Position numbers and translations under genes: made by a program. Positions 17,318 to 28,040 of a DNA stretch of 64,000 nucleotides are shown here, piece by piece (position 1 is the stretch's first letter; each line of letters begins with the position of its first letter). The notes beneath the pieces were generated by a model. The model saw nothing but the letters and a program-made list of their open reading frames with translations, searched no databases and was not told the origin of the DNA. This stretch comes from Candidatus Gottesmanbacteria bacterium (lineage in GTDB: Bacteria; Patescibacteriota; Microgenomatia; JAMCYU01), in NCBI GenBank assembly GCA_043801155.1, contig JAZDMI010000028.1, forward strand, positions 35,389 to 99,388, read 5' to 3'.

Positions 17318-19669
17318 TCATAGCCTGGCTCTTTGGGCAATTTCCGCTTCAACGAGTTCTCGGGGTTTTCCGTATTTCAAGGAAGACAGTCTTTTTATGG
17401 CCTCGGCAACTTTTTGATTAGCAGCTTTTCTCTCGGCAGCTATGTCACGGGTCATATCAACTGAAAAAGGAGGAACCGTTTCCATATTGACAATCGTACG
17501 AATAAAGGCATTATAACGGTCAACATTGATAAGATCCGCTTCAGAAAAGACCGGTTGAAACTCATGCTGGATGAAGTTGGCATCAGTAACTCCGACCCTA
17601 AAAGCAACCAGGGTACCAACGTTGCCAAAAACCGCGTTTTTAACTTCCTCTTCCATCTGACCAATAAACTGATTGGCAACGGTAATCGATAAATGATATT
17701 TTCTAGCTTCAGAAAGCATGGTGGCAAAATCAGGCGTAGCAAAATTTTGAAACTCATCAACATACAAAAAGAAGTCGCGTCGTTTCTCTTCAGCTACGTC
17801 AGTTCGCGACATGGCGGCCATTAAAATCTTCGGAACAATGATTGTTCCCAAAAAGCTGGTGTTTTCTTCTCCGATTTTGCCTTTGGCCAAATTGATCAAG
17901 ATTATTTTGCCCTCGTCCATGGCTTTTCTGAAATCAAAAGCTGTTTGCGATTGGCCGATAATGTTTCTGATAAGCTTATTGGTAACGAATCGGCCAAACT
18001 TGGAAACAATATAATCTAGTACTTCTGATTTATGGAAATCGGCTGTCTGAGCAATCTGATCCGTCCAATAACGGCGAACCATCGGATCAGTAACTTTCGG
18101 TAATAATTCCTGGACAAATGAGGAATCGGTCAAGGCCCGCACCACCTCAACAAAGGTGCTTCCCGGCTCTGCCATAACTGTCAAGATGGCATTTCTGATG
18201 GCATGTTCAAATCTTGGTCCGATGATACCGGTTTTATAAGGATCATAAAGCTTGTACATCAAACCAACAATTGAAGTTGTCACCATATGTTGTTGCTGCT
18301 CGGTATAAGCCTCAATCATATTAAGACCCATGGGTCGATCGGTATTTGAAGGATCAAAATAGATAACGTCTTCTGCCCTTTCCGGTGGAATCATGGGCAG
18401 GATTTTATCAATGGTATCGTGGGGATCAATAAAACAAATTCCCTCACCGTTTCTGATATCCTGCAATATCATTGAACTTAAAAGCTCTGATTTGCCGACA
18501 CCGGTTTTACCAATAACATAAACATGGCGGCTGCGATCCTCTTTGCCAATATAGATCGGTCTTTTAATCCCCCGATAAACGCTGTTACCTAAAAATAGGC
18601 CTGCGGTAGCAATTTGTTGGGGTGCCGGTGCCCGTTTGGCATTAAGCCAGAAAATATGAGGAGTTTCTACCTGTTTATTGGGAAAATGAAAAATCGTGGC
18701 CAACTCTTCACTATTTAAAACTGAGGTTTTGGCAAAAAACGGCGGATTAAATAATGGAAGATAACGATAAATGAAATCAACCATGAATAGTCTTTTAAAA
18801 ACAAGCTTGGCCTTTTTAAAACCATTTAGATCAGAGGAAAATTGTTCAAAGGCACCTACCAGATTTTGTAAATGAGCCTTGGCGGATTCTTCTGTATTTG
18901 AAGAAACAACAATTCTGATCGAGGTCTGAAAACCCGGCTTGCTGCATTTTTGATCAACCATTTCTAAAACCTTAGGGTCAACCGTATACTTAGCCTTTTC
19001 CGGATCGGATTCTCTCCTCTTAACTTTACCGATATAACCGCGGCCGGTGTCCCGCCATTTATTTTTCGCCGGAGAAATCATTATTTGGATAACTGCTCCT
19101 TCTCCCTCCCCCATTTTAGCCAAACCAGAAGTAATTAAAGATAAGGGGTCGGTTGGCAGGTCTTTATAGATTTTTATAGGGAAATAGTTAATATTTTTTA
19201 GTTTTAAAGAGGCAAAAGCGACTTTGCCATTCTCCGAGAAAATATTATATTCATCAATTTCTTTAATTTCGGCTCCGGGATAAGCACCATTGATTTGCTT
19301 TTCCACCAGGTCTTTATAATTTTTATGACAGTAAACATAAAAACGGATATCCTCTTTTTTACCGACGATTTCAAAAGAGACTTGTTCTTCAGTTTTTAAA
19401 AATGAGAAAAAACCGGATTTTTTTAGGGAATAAAGGCTGCTGGCCATCTGCTCGGCAGCATCAATCTTAATCTCATTATCCCGAGGAAGAGCTACTTGTA
19501 AAAGCACAGAATTTAAAGATTTTTCTTCACGATGGCGATATTTCCACAGTAGAAAAATATAATAGACTACCAAGATTAATCCGGCCAAAGCTAGAATAGC
19601 CACGGTCATACTTAGGATAAAGACTTCGGCTCGATAAATTAAATCACTAAACAGTGCGCTTGGATCCAT
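17318..19669 (-). CDS. VirD4/TraD/HerA-like P-loop ATPase (type IV secretion DNA-binding domain protein)
   Basis: N-terminal TM; GKTGVGKS; FIDPH; LYVDEFQNF; LSEARKY. Confidence 0.85.
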   Translation of the reverse strand: MDPSALFSDLIYRAEVFILSMTVAILALAGLILVVYYIFLLWKYRHREEKSLNSVLLQVALPRDNEIKIDAAEQMASSLYSLKKSGFFSFLKTEEQVSFEIVGKKEDIRFYVYCHKNYKDLVEKQINGAYPGAEIKEIDEYNIFSENGKVAFASLKLKNINYFPIKIYKDLPTDPLSLITSGLAKMGEGEGAVIQIMISPAKNKWRDTGRGYIGKVKRRESDPEKAKYTVDPKVLEMVDQKCSKPGFQTSIRIVVSSNTEESAKAHLQNLVGAFEQFSSDLNGFKKAKLVFKRLFMVDFIYRYLPLFNPPFFAKTSVLNSEELATIFHFPNKQVETPHIFWLNAKRAPAPQQIATAGLFLGNSVYRGIKRPIYIGKEDRSRHVYVIGKTGVGKSELLSSMILQDIRNGEGICFIDPHDTIDKILPMIPPERAEDVIYFDPSNTDRPMGLNMIEAYTEQQQHMVTTSIVGLMYKLYDPYKTGIIGPRFEHAIRNAILTVMAEPGSTFVEVVRALTDSSFVQELLPKVTDPMVRRYWTDQIAQTADFHKSEVLDYIVSKFGRFVTNKLIRNIIGQSQTAFDFRKAMDEGKIILINLAKGKIGEENTSFLGTIIVPKILMAAMSRTDVAEEKRRDFFLYVDEFQNFATPDFATMLSEARKYHLSITVANQFIGQMEEEVKNAVFGNVGTLVAFRVGVTDANFIQHEFQPVFSEADLINVDRYNAFIRTIVNMETVPPFSVDMTRDIAAERKAANQKVAEAIKRLSSLKYGKPRELVEAEIAQRARL

Positions 19670-19764
19670 ATTCTTATTATATATGATTACATATCAGACA
19701 ATGTGGAGTGAAAAAATTCATCACTGCTAGCCCAAGTATTTTTCGTGCCGACCTCAGCAAAACG

Positions 19765-20265
19765 TCATTTAAATACAACCCTAATAATTCTGCCATGAAC
19801 TTTTTTTAATCGAATATGTACTTTCTTAAGTTGTCTTATACACCACTCCACTAGCCATCGCAAACTCGTGATGACCGGTGCCGTTGTTGCGGTTACAATT
19901 TTATCATCGTTTATAGGTAAATTAGCGGTAATTGGAGTAACTGGTTGATTAATATCACTTGGAACCACACCCATTTTTTGGACTGGTTCTGATATCTCCA
20001 CTTGTTCTTTTTTTACTTCGATACCAGCTTCTTTTACTTCAGGTGCCAGCTCCATTTCTTTTCTTAATTCCTCTAAGGCTGTTTCGTCTTGTTGGGCAAA
20101 AATTTCTTTTTCCTTTGCGCCAATGCTTGTCCCCTGAGGTTTTGCTGCTGATGGAACAGGCATATCGGGAGGTAACATCTGTGGTATTGGATTGTTGCTT
20201 GTCTGGTTGGTTTTATCGATGACCTTTGTTTTTTTTGATGTATTAGGCAGTTTAACCATACCCAA
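19765..20265 (-). CDS. Hypothetical protein
   Basis: 166 aa with a basic C-terminal motif (SLRWLVEWCIRQLKK). Confidence 0.65.
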   Translation of the reverse strand: MGMVKLPNTSKKTKVIDKTNQTSNNPIPQMLPPDMPVPSAAKPQGTSIGAKEKEIFAQQDETALEELRKEMELAPEVKEAGIEVKKEQVEISEPVQKMGVVPSDINQPVTPITANLPINDDKIVTATTAPVITSLRWLVEWCIRQLKKVHIRLKKVHGRIIRVVFK

Positions 20266-20274
20266 ATTCTAACA

Positions 20275-21141
20275 CTAGCCCAGGTATTTCTCAACTAATT
20301 TTACTTCCCCCAAAATCTCTTGCTCAGTAACCTCAGCTGAATGTTCAAGGATTAATATCGGCATCGGTGCTAACTTTTTTATTCCCTTAAACATTTTGTC
20401 CAAATTAAGTATTCCCTGCCCCAAAACCCGATGGTCATGTAATTTTTGATTAACATCATCAATATGCATTTCAATAATTCTTGGGCCAAAATCAAAGAAT
20501 TTATAACAATCGTCTTTATGAACAATATATCCATGGCCAAAATCAAAAAGAAAATTCAGATCAGGGAATTCATTTAAAAAATTCTCAAATTCAGAGAAAT
20601 TAGTTAGCGTTGTTGACGTACCTTCCCAACCAATAATATTTTCTAAAGCAACTTTAAGATGATTTTCTTTGGCTTTAATAAGCATCAAGCCTAAAAATTC
20701 TTTCATATTATTCAAAGCCTTTGGTTGAGGAATTTTATCAACCGACACAAATTCTTTAAAACCACCCCATTGCTTAGATATGCCTTTATAGGTAAAGGTC
20801 GAATTTAAGCCGGTATGAAAACTAATAATTCTGCTATTTAAAATCTTAGCCGCCTTAAAAATTGCATCAATAACCTGCTGGTTTTCATTAGATAATCCTT
20901 GGGCAGAGTTGGAAAAAAAATTACCAAGAACCGGCGGAAAGAAACAATGCTGGGTAAAAGTAGCATCAGGAAAATCGTGACGGATATTATTAATAGTTGC
21001 AAAAAGATTACCTTCAAGGCTATGATTTGCTCCCAGTTCAATTAAACGAAAGCCCAATTCGTATGCTCTTTTTACTGAATCGTAAATAGAAAATCCTCTA
21101 GCGCTGAAGTAAGACGTGGAAAGACCTAAGTTTTGCAGCAT
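20275..21141 (-). CDS. Sugar-phosphate isomerase/epimerase (AP endonuclease 2) TIM-barrel protein
   Basis: FHTG, VALEN, LFDFGH, EMHIDD, DH..LG.G, LILEH metal-binding motifs. Confidence 0.85.
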   Translation of the reverse strand: MLQNLGLSTSYFSARGFSIYDSVKRAYELGFRLIELGANHSLEGNLFATINNIRHDFPDATFTQHCFFPPVLGNFFSNSAQGLSNENQQVIDAIFKAAKILNSRIISFHTGLNSTFTYKGISKQWGGFKEFVSVDKIPQPKALNNMKEFLGLMLIKAKENHLKVALENIIGWEGTSTTLTNFSEFENFLNEFPDLNFLFDFGHGYIVHKDDCYKFFDFGPRIIEMHIDDVNQKLHDHRVLGQGILNLDKMFKGIKKLAPMPILILEHSAEVTEQEILGEVKLVEKYLG

Positions 21142-21631
21142 ACAAAGATTTTACCACTTCTACGATGCCAAATGAAACCGGCACGAAGAATAGATTACCC
21201 AATAAATTCAATTTCAAGAAAGGTATCCCCATAATATAGGCTTCTATTAAACCGCCAAGTGTCCTTGGATACATGCCCCAACTGTCCAGCGCCCAAACGC
21301 CGAAGTTTGTCCACAGGAAGAAAAAGACACTGGCAAAAATACCAGCGCCCGCTGCTCGTATGATTTTCCCTTTTAGGTTACCTAAGTAACCCAAACAACC
21401 TACGACTAAATAAGCACTCCAGGTAAAAAGAAAAATATTGGTATTACCAATTATTGTGTCAGACAAAACCATAATCGCAAAAGGAACTAAAATTGCGTAT
21501 TTTTTACCTAAATATGCTCCGGCTAAAAGAGAAGCCGCGGTTACAAATTCAATATTCGGAGCAATATGGCCGACAGTTCGTAGAATTATGGCGATTGATA
21601 TTAATATAGCAGCAAAAATAATTTTTTTCAT
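21098..21631 (-). CDS. Putative cobalamin transporter, ECF S-component-like (DUF6580-like)
   Basis: R...PN..V.A..L.AG, SD...G, FF..TNFGVW, MY..T..GL..Y..G.PF; downstream of a B12 riboswitch. Confidence 0.7.
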   Translation of the reverse strand: MKKIIFAAILISIAIILRTVGHIAPNIEFVTAASLLAGAYLGKKYAILVPFAIMVLSDTIIGNTNIFLFTWSAYLVVGCLGYLGNLKGKIIRAAGAGIFASVFFFLWTNFGVWALDSWGMYPRTLGGLIEAYIMGIPFLKLNLLGNLFFVPVSFGIVEVVKSLYAAKLRSFHVLLQR

Positions 21632-21676
21632 CTTAGTTATTCTCCTTTTGGATATTAACTGATATTAATAATAATT

Positions 21677-23011
21677 TCAAGTCCCTTTTGCCAGCCAAAA
21701 TTTTAAAGCAATTAAAATCAAAATCCCTCCAGGAATTATTAACCATATTTTTTTAGAATTTGACTTTTGATTTTCTTCTACTTGATTCTTTTCCTTCGTT
21801 TGACTACTTACAGTTGCTTCTCCTAGAACTTGGGGGGTTGGACTAGGATAAGTATAAATAATTTGTGGTGATGGACTAGGCACCGATGACGACGTCGGTG
21901 TTGATGATGATGAAGGACTCGGCGACGGATCAGCAGACGGAGTTGGGGTCGGTGTAGGACTGGGTGAGGGACTTGGCGTGGAAGTCGGACTGGGGGTTGG
22001 AGTTGGGGTCGGCGTAGGACTGGGTGAGGGTTCGACTGACGGAGTGGGCGATGGACTTGCAGACGGTGTAAAAATATTCAATATCCAACTTTTACCTAAA
22101 AGGGCAATAATAGATTGAGCCGTTGTGGTTGTGTCTTCGCCGCTCCAGGTTAAAAAACCTCCATCTGTCTGTTGATTAGTAATAAGCCAGTTTCTGGCAT
22201 TAATGGCTTGGTCAGAATTTCCCAGTCCTAAAACATTTAAAGCCATCAGTCCCCAAGAAGTCGTATCGCTATCGCTAGTCCCCGACCAGCCGGGAAATCC
22301 ACCATCAGCATTTTGATGAACTAAAAGATAATCTCTAGCTAGCAAGATGGCATTGTCCAAACCATCGTTAGTTAAATCATTGTCTTTAGCTGCTTGTAAT
22401 GATTGTATGGCCGCGGCTGTCATGTCAATGGTCGTTCCGCAATAAGCACAAGTCGTATCCGGCGACCAGCTAAAACCACCATCAGATGCCTGATGAGTAA
22501 TAATAAAATTAAGAGTGTCTTTCTTAACTTGTAAATCAGAACTAACCCCACAACTAATTAAGGCTAAAAGTCCGAAGAAATCTTCATTAAGCGAAGTTAT
22601 ATCGCCAATTTGCTGGTTATTGTAAAAACTTTCTAATTTTTGTACGTAATTTACCCCATTAAAATTTGTCGGGTCATCACCTATTGCCACAATGGCCAAA
22701 ATTCTTGATTCCCAATCAGTGGCCGAACTATTATCCCCAGGTTTATCGTTTAAAAGAAAATCCCGTAAAGAAGATGAGTTAGTCGAAATTTTTACATCTG
22801 CCGGATTGATATTATTAGCCATAAAAGCGATGGCTGACCATTGGGAAGGACTGGAAAAACCATTAGTAATTTTTCCGGTTGCATCCTGCTTAGATTTTAA
22901 AAAGTTAAGACCATTATCAATAACTGCGTCTGCCAGGGCAATTCTAACAGTTAAAAAAAATAAAATAGCAATTAATAGAACAGTTTTTTTCATGAGCCTA
23001 AATATTTCCAT
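21677..23011 (-). CDS. Secreted, C-terminally anchored prenyltransferase/squalene-oxidase repeat (alpha/alpha barrel) protein; putative cobalamin binder
   Basis: Signal peptide, repeated Q..DGGF and D.T motifs, Pro/Ser/Thr linker, C-terminal TM. Confidence 0.75.
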   Translation of the reverse strand: MEIFRLMKKTVLLIAILFFLTVRIALADAVIDNGLNFLKSKQDATGKITNGFSSPSQWSAIAFMANNINPADVKISTNSSSLRDFLLNDKPGDNSSATDWESRILAIVAIGDDPTNFNGVNYVQKLESFYNNQQIGDITSLNEDFFGLLALISCGVSSDLQVKKDTLNFIITHQASDGGFSWSPDTTCAYCGTTIDMTAAAIQSLQAAKDNDLTNDGLDNAILLARDYLLVHQNADGGFPGWSGTSDSDTTSWGLMALNVLGLGNSDQAINARNWLITNQQTDGGFLTWSGEDTTTTAQSIIALLGKSWILNIFTPSASPSPTPSVEPSPSPTPTPTPTPSPTSTPSPSPSPTPTPTPSADPSPSPSSSSTPTSSSVPSPSPQIIYTYPSPTPQVLGEATVSSQTKEKNQVEENQKSNSKKIWLIIPGGILILIALKFWLAKGT

Positions 23012-23592
23012 TCAATCTTGTCGCCATTATTAGCTTTAATATAACTGCATCCCTGGGCCGGAGACACACTATTGATCGTATAAGTCCACCAAACAGAATT
23101 TTCCTTACCAATTCCATTAATCTGATAGACAGCAAAGCTACCCAAAGAATTATTGAATTGCATATTAAGACTATCAATCTTCCCCTGTTCTTTGGCTTTA
23201 GTTAATACATCACACTGATTATTTCCCTGGTCAATATTGACTGTAAAGCTTGAACCGCCATTAATTGACAGATTAATTTGTAACGGCTGACTAGCTGGTG
23301 GAGGATTAGCCATGGGACTAGCTTCGGGAGATGGCGAGTTGGAATTCGCCGGTACATTAGAACTCTCAACTAATGGAGTCGGATTAGGACTGGAAATTTG
23401 AACAACCAGAGATGAAGTTACAACTGCAGATATAGATGGTGAATTCTTTGGTTTAGCAGATGGTTCTTCTTTTATCTGGACTCCGGATACTTGACTATTA
23501 TTTTTCTTTTTAACTTCGGGATAAAGAGAAAAAGCAATTAAGCCAAGTCCAATAATAAAAATAATTAAAGCGATTAGTCGTTTTTTATTCAT
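22990..23592 (-). CDS. DUF4430 (transcobalamin beta-domain-like) membrane-anchored protein
   Basis: [18 protein letters not shown]...Y...NGDKIEWKY. Confidence 0.8.
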   Translation of the reverse strand: MNKKRLIALIIFIIGLGLIAFSLYPEVKKKNNSQVSGVQIKEEPSAKPKNSPSISAVVTSSLVVQISSPNPTPLVESSNVPANSNSPSPEASPMANPPPASQPLQINLSINGGSSFTVNIDQGNNQCDVLTKAKEQGKIDSLNMQFNNSLGSFAVYQINGIGKENSVWWTYTINSVSPAQGCSYIKANNGDKIEWKYLGS

Positions 23593-23659
23593 AACCTTCT
23601 CGTTTTCCCCTCGAGAAGGTTATCATCGGCCACTAAAAAAGACCCTTGCTCGAGAGATT

Positions 23660-23765
23660 CCTTAAGACGGTTCCTGACTTTGGTTCGCCGTAGCTTAATG
23701 CGAAGGCGACCTTTTACAGTTGCGGCACAGTCCCAGATTCTCACTGGGTTCCCGTAACCTTAAGG
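23660..23765 (-). promoter_or_regulatory. Cobalamin riboswitch
   Basis: Minus strand CCTTAAG...GGGAA..CAGTGAGAATCTG..ACTGTGCCGCAACTGTAA...AGTCAGGA...CTTAAGG, upstream of the DUF4430 operon. Confidence 0.88.
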
Positions 23766-23812
23766 ACCAATTTAAAAATAACAATCTTTAACCTTTTTGT
23801 CAATCCTTAATT

Positions 23813-24133
23813 TCAATAATCCATTCTTCCAATCTTATGAGCTCTTCTTGATAATCTTTGGGCTTTCCTACGGTTACCAGCCTTTAGTTCTAATTTTGCT
23901 TTTTCTTCAAAAGCTCCCATCATCATGGCTGCCTTATAATCTCCTGATATTCCATGATCTACCCCTGGATACTTAGAAGCTTTTATGTAAACAGCTGTTC
24001 CCACACGATCTCCTATTTCCGAAAACTTCCACGCTGTATTCCAAGCTTCTACCCCACCTGCTCCTTCTATAAAACAAATCTCATGTCCTTTAGCAAATTG
24101 ATTAATTATATCTCTAACTCTTTCATGACTCAT
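23813..24133 (-). CDS. Hypothetical protein (paralog of the next gene)
   Basis: Shared AW..A....GD, AF..KA, KA..LS.RA..I.RM pattern; GGAGG SD. Confidence 0.65.
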   Translation of the reverse strand: MSHERVRDIINQFAKGHEICFIEGAGGVEAWNTAWKFSEIGDRVGTAVYIKASKYPGVDHGISGDYKAAMMMGAFEEKAKLELKAGNRRKAQRLSRRAHKIGRMDY

Positions 24134-24198
24134 ATTTCTCGCCTCCTTTGGACAGTAAATTTTGTCAATAAACTATTTTTAAGCTATAAATCCGAGAT

Positions 24199-24561
24199 CT
24201 AAATCATCCTTGATATTTCTTCTGCTCTGGTAGAAAGAAATGTTGCTTTTGCAGCATCTCTTCTTTTCCGTGCTTTCTCTGCGGCTTTATGAAAGGCTTC
24301 CGACAGTATTACGGCTCTCGGATCGGGTAGCGGTTCCTCCCTAACTGGGGGTACTTCTACTACTTGCAAAAAAGCCGCTGTCCGAGTTAAGTCACCTTCT
24401 CTAGCATATGATCGAGCTAAATCCCACGCAGATAATCCATGAGCATTATGGGATACCAAATTTCTAGCATATCCCTCATGATCCATATTATACTGAGTCG
24501 TTAAACCCTCAATTACCTGGGCAATTGTCTCTGTTGACGAATCAACTGTTTCGCGTGGCAT
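24199..24561 (-). CDS. Hypothetical protein (paralog of the previous gene)
   Basis: Same shared pattern; near-identical upstream leader. Confidence 0.65.
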   Translation of the reverse strand: MPRETVDSSTETIAQVIEGLTTQYNMDHEGYARNLVSHNAHGLSAWDLARSYAREGDLTRTAAFLQVVEVPPVREEPLPDPRAVILSEAFHKAAEKARKRRDAAKATFLSTRAEEISRMI

Positions 24562-24621
24562 ATTTTTCTCCTCCTTTGAACAGAAAATTTGCTTTGATTG
24601 TAATTAACCTATCTATGAAAA

Positions 24622-25143
24622 TCAATAATCAATTCCTTTTTTTGCTTTTCCGTTTTTTTTAAATGGGTGTTTGATTTCTTTGAATTCGGTTACCAGGTCA
24701 GCTACTTCGACAAGCTCAGTATGAGCCCACCGACCGGTTAAGACTAAATCCACGCCTTTTTCTTTTGCAATCATAATTAATTCCAAAACTTTATTTACTT
24801 TTATCAATCCGAATTTTAAAGCTACATTTATCTCGTCCAAAACAATGATGTCGAATAGTGAATTATAAATAGCAGATAGCGAATAATCAAACCCCTTTTT
24901 TGCTTCTAAATAATCTATTTCTCGGAGGTGTTTTAGGTCAACGAGTTCTTTTGTCCCAAATCTTTTAATTCTTAACTCATAATTCATAATTCTTAATTCA
25001 TTTAACACTTTTACCTCTCCACTGATTCTTTTTTTTAGGAATTGAACTATAAGAACCCTCTTCCCCCACCCCACTGACCGCAAGATCAGTCCCAATGCAG
25101 CCGTGGTTTTCCCCTTTCCATTCCCGGTATAAACAATAATCAT
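24622..25143 (-). CDS. cobO: Cob(I)yrinic acid a,c-diamide adenosyltransferase (CobO/BtuR)
   Basis: VYTGNGKGKTTAALG, VQFLK, VLDEIN, LTGR, ADLVTE, KHPF, GIDY. Confidence 0.93.
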   Translation of the reverse strand: MIIVYTGNGKGKTTAALGLILRSVGWGKRVLIVQFLKKRISGEVKVLNELRIMNYELRIKRFGTKELVDLKHLREIDYLEAKKGFDYSLSAIYNSLFDIIVLDEINVALKFGLIKVNKVLELIMIAKEKGVDLVLTGRWAHTELVEVADLVTEFKEIKHPFKKNGKAKKGIDY

Positions 25144-25874
25144 ATTCCCCTAACCTCTGTTTTTGGTATAAATTTTCTTAGTTCTGGTAAAACTTTATCA
25201 TAAAAACTTTTAGGATACGGTTTTATTTTCTCAAAACTAGAATCCAAGCATTTATCCGGCCGAAAATTTTGTAAAAACCACTTGAATTTAGGGTTTAGGG
25301 TCGAGGGTTTAGGGTATAGTGAATTTAACTCTTGAGCCATCGCAATAAGATCTTCCTTTATATGAAGTGTCGGTACAACTGTAGTTCGTAGTTCAAAAGG
25401 CATTTCGTTTTTTACCAAAATATTTATTATCTTTTTAACTGTACCCTTTACCCTATACCCTATATCCTTCCCAATATATTTGTAATATTTATAAAATGGT
25501 CCCTTGTAATCTACTGCTATATAATCCACTAATCCATTCTTTATTAGCTCTTCTACCATTCCTGGATTGGTTCCATTAGTATCAAGCTTTACCAGATATT
25601 TCATATCTTTAATCTTGGCAATAAATTCTGGTAAGTCGTTTTGGATTGTTGGTTCGCCGCCGGTAATAACGACTCCCTCAAGCTTCCCTGCTCTGCTTTT
25701 TAGGAACTTAAATATTTCTTCTTCGTCAATGTTTGGTAGTTTATCATTGTCTATTACTAAGTCTGGATTTTGACAAAAGGGACAACGGAAATTGCATCCG
25801 GAAGTGAAAATAATACCAGCAATCTTACCTGGGTAATCCAGAAGGGTGGTTTTTTGCAGACCCCGAATGTTCAT
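25140..25874 (-). CDS. nrdG: Anaerobic ribonucleoside-triphosphate reductase activating protein (radical SAM)
   Basis: DYPGK, GCNFRCPFCQNP, ITGGEPT, KLDTNG. Confidence 0.92.
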   Translation of the reverse strand: MNIRGLQKTTLLDYPGKIAGIIFTSGCNFRCPFCQNPDLVIDNDKLPNIDEEEIFKFLKSRAGKLEGVVITGGEPTIQNDLPEFIAKIKDMKYLVKLDTNGTNPGMVEELIKNGLVDYIAVDYKGPFYKYYKYIGKDIGYRVKGTVKKIINILVKNEMPFELRTTVVPTLHIKEDLIAMAQELNSLYPKPSTLNPKFKWFLQNFRPDKCLDSSFEKIKPYPKSFYDKVLPELRKFIPKTEVRGI

Positions 25875-25898
25875 AGGATAGTTATAATTAACTATAAA

Positions 25899-28040
25899 TT
25901 ATTGTAGGGGCAGACTTTCTTTTAGTTGTAATTGTTTATTGTATGTTTTCCGATCTTTAAATTCTGTTTGTTTCCCGGCATTCCATTGGACAATTGGCCG
26001 AAGATACCCAACCACTCTGGACCATACTTCGCATGTTTTTCCGCATTCTGGACAATTTTTTTGTTCACCTTTAAGATATCCATGCGTCGGACATACGCTA
26101 AACGTTGGTGTTAACGTATAATACGGTAAATGATATGTCTTAGCTATTTTTTTAACTAATGCTTTAACTGCCTCTTTGTCAACCATGCTTTCCCCTAAAA
26201 ATCCGTGTAACACCGTTCCGCCGGTATATTTAGTTTGCAATTCGTCCTGCAAATCAAGTGCCTGGAAAATGTCATCGGTAAAATTAACCGGCAGATGGGT
26301 TGAATTAGTATAATAAGGTTCAGCGTGATCGGTTTTAATTTCTTCTTCATTCGCACAAATTATTTCCGGATAATTTTTCTTATCCAGTTTGGCTAAATTG
26401 TAAGCGGTCCCCTCAGCTGGCGTGGCCTCAAGATTAAACATTTGATCAGTTTCCTTTTGATAGATTAAGATTTTCGTTCGCATAAAATCCATAACGTCAA
26501 TAGCAAAGGCTTTCCCCTCCTCTTCGCCAATACTCTTACCTATAAAATTAACTAAGGATTCATTCATGCCAATAAGGCCAATAGTATTGAAATGATTTTT
26601 CCAATATTCACCAAAGCGGTCTTTAATGGCGGCTAAATAAACTTTAGAATACGGATAAAGCCCTTCTTCAGTAAACTTTTCCACAATGGCTCGCTTAAGC
26701 AGTAATGCTTCTTTAGCCATATCCATAAGATGTGATAATTTTTCAAAATAATCCTTTTTAGTTTTGGATAAAAATCCCAGCCGGGGAAGGTTTATCGTTA
26801 CTACTCCGAGACTACCGGTTAACGGATTGGAGCCAAACAGCCCACCCCCCCGCTTAACTAACTCCCGATTGTCTAAACGCAACCGACAACACATACTTCG
26901 GGCATCTTCGGGCTTCATGTCCGAATTAATAAAATTAGAAAAGTATGGAATCCCGTATTTCCGCGTCATTTCCCAAATACCATCAAAGTCCGGATTATCC
27001 CAAGTGAAATCCTTGGTGATATTATAAGTGGGAATCGGGAAGGTAAATACCCTGCCTTTAGCATCTCCCTCAAGCATGACCTCGGCGTAGGCTTTATTAA
27101 AAAGACTGACTTCTTTTTGAAAATCGGTATAACTTTTATTTTGTGGTTTACCACCAATCATCACCGGCTCTTTTTCTAAAAATTTAGGAACGACCAGATC
27201 TAAAGTTATATTGGTAAAGGGAGTCTGAAAACCAACCCGGGTCGGAACGTTCATATTGAAAACAAATTCTTGTAGGGCTTGTTTAATTTCTGGATACGAT
27301 AATTTATCATAGGCAATAAAAGGAGCCAGCAAAGTATCGAAATTAGAAACAGCTACGGCTCCGGCAATTTCTCCCTGCAGAGTATAAAAGAAGTTAACTA
27401 ACTGACCCAATGCTGTGCGAAAATGTTTTGGCGGCCGGCATTCAATCTTTCCCGGTACTCCGCCGAACCCGCGGAAGAGCAGATCCCGAAGATCCCAACC
27501 ACAACAATAAGCAGCCAACATTTGTAGGTTATGAATATGGAGATCACCGTTAATATGAGCTTGTCTAATTTGCGGAGGATAGATTTTATTTAACCAGTAA
27601 TTGGCGGAAATTTCCGAGGCAACATGATTATTTAAACCCTGAAGAGAATAGGCCATGTTACTATTTTCTCTAACGCGCCAATCAAGTTTTGAAAGATAAT
27701 TACCAACTAATTCATCAGAATCAATTAATGAGTATATATCGCGGGTTCGTCGTTTTAATTCACGGTACAAAATATATGCCCGCGCTACATTATAATGGCC
27801 ATGATGCATTAATACTTCTTCGACAATATTTTGAATTTCTTCAACTTGAGGAATAAGCTTACCATCATAACGGATCTCAAGCTTTTCAATTACTTTGTCG
27901 GCTAAATATTTAACTCTTTCGCCGTCTTTTTCACCAATAGCTTGGAAGGCTTTTTCTAAAGCCTTAATAATCCTTTGAGGATTAAATCTAACCAACCTGC
28001 CGTTACGTTTTTGAATTTTAGTCACGGTTATTTTTATCAT
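25899..28040 (-). CDS. nrdD: Class III (glycyl-radical) ribonucleoside-triphosphate reductase with ATP cone
   Basis: ATP cone; YCCGW; SMCCRL; EATPAEG; CPTHGY..CPEC; RVVGYLRP. Confidence 0.93.
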   Translation of the reverse strand: MIKITVTKIQKRNGRLVRFNPQRIIKALEKAFQAIGEKDGERVKYLADKVIEKLEIRYDGKLIPQVEEIQNIVEEVLMHHGHYNVARAYILYRELKRRTRDIYSLIDSDELVGNYLSKLDWRVRENSNMAYSLQGLNNHVASEISANYWLNKIYPPQIRQAHINGDLHIHNLQMLAAYCCGWDLRDLLFRGFGGVPGKIECRPPKHFRTALGQLVNFFYTLQGEIAGAVAVSNFDTLLAPFIAYDKLSYPEIKQALQEFVFNMNVPTRVGFQTPFTNITLDLVVPKFLEKEPVMIGGKPQNKSYTDFQKEVSLFNKAYAEVMLEGDAKGRVFTFPIPTYNITKDFTWDNPDFDGIWEMTRKYGIPYFSNFINSDMKPEDARSMCCRLRLDNRELVKRGGGLFGSNPLTGSLGVVTINLPRLGFLSKTKKDYFEKLSHLMDMAKEALLLKRAIVEKFTEEGLYPYSKVYLAAIKDRFGEYWKNHFNTIGLIGMNESLVNFIGKSIGEEEGKAFAIDVMDFMRTKILIYQKETDQMFNLEATPAEGTAYNLAKLDKKNYPEIICANEEEIKTDHAEPYYTNSTHLPVNFTDDIFQALDLQDELQTKYTGGTVLHGFLGESMVDKEAVKALVKKIAKTYHLPYYTLTPTFSVCPTHGYLKGEQKNCPECGKTCEVWSRVVGYLRPIVQWNAGKQTEFKDRKTYNKQLQLKESLPLQ

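Noticed and set aside
17318-19669. Conjugative element suggested by the VirD4/TraD-like ATPase
   Set aside because: No relaxase or other T4SS genes nearby; such solitary ATPases are common chromosomal genes in CPR.
21830-22070. GC-rich repetitive tract
   Set aside because: Encodes an ordinary Pro/Ser/Thr linker, not a nucleotide-level element.
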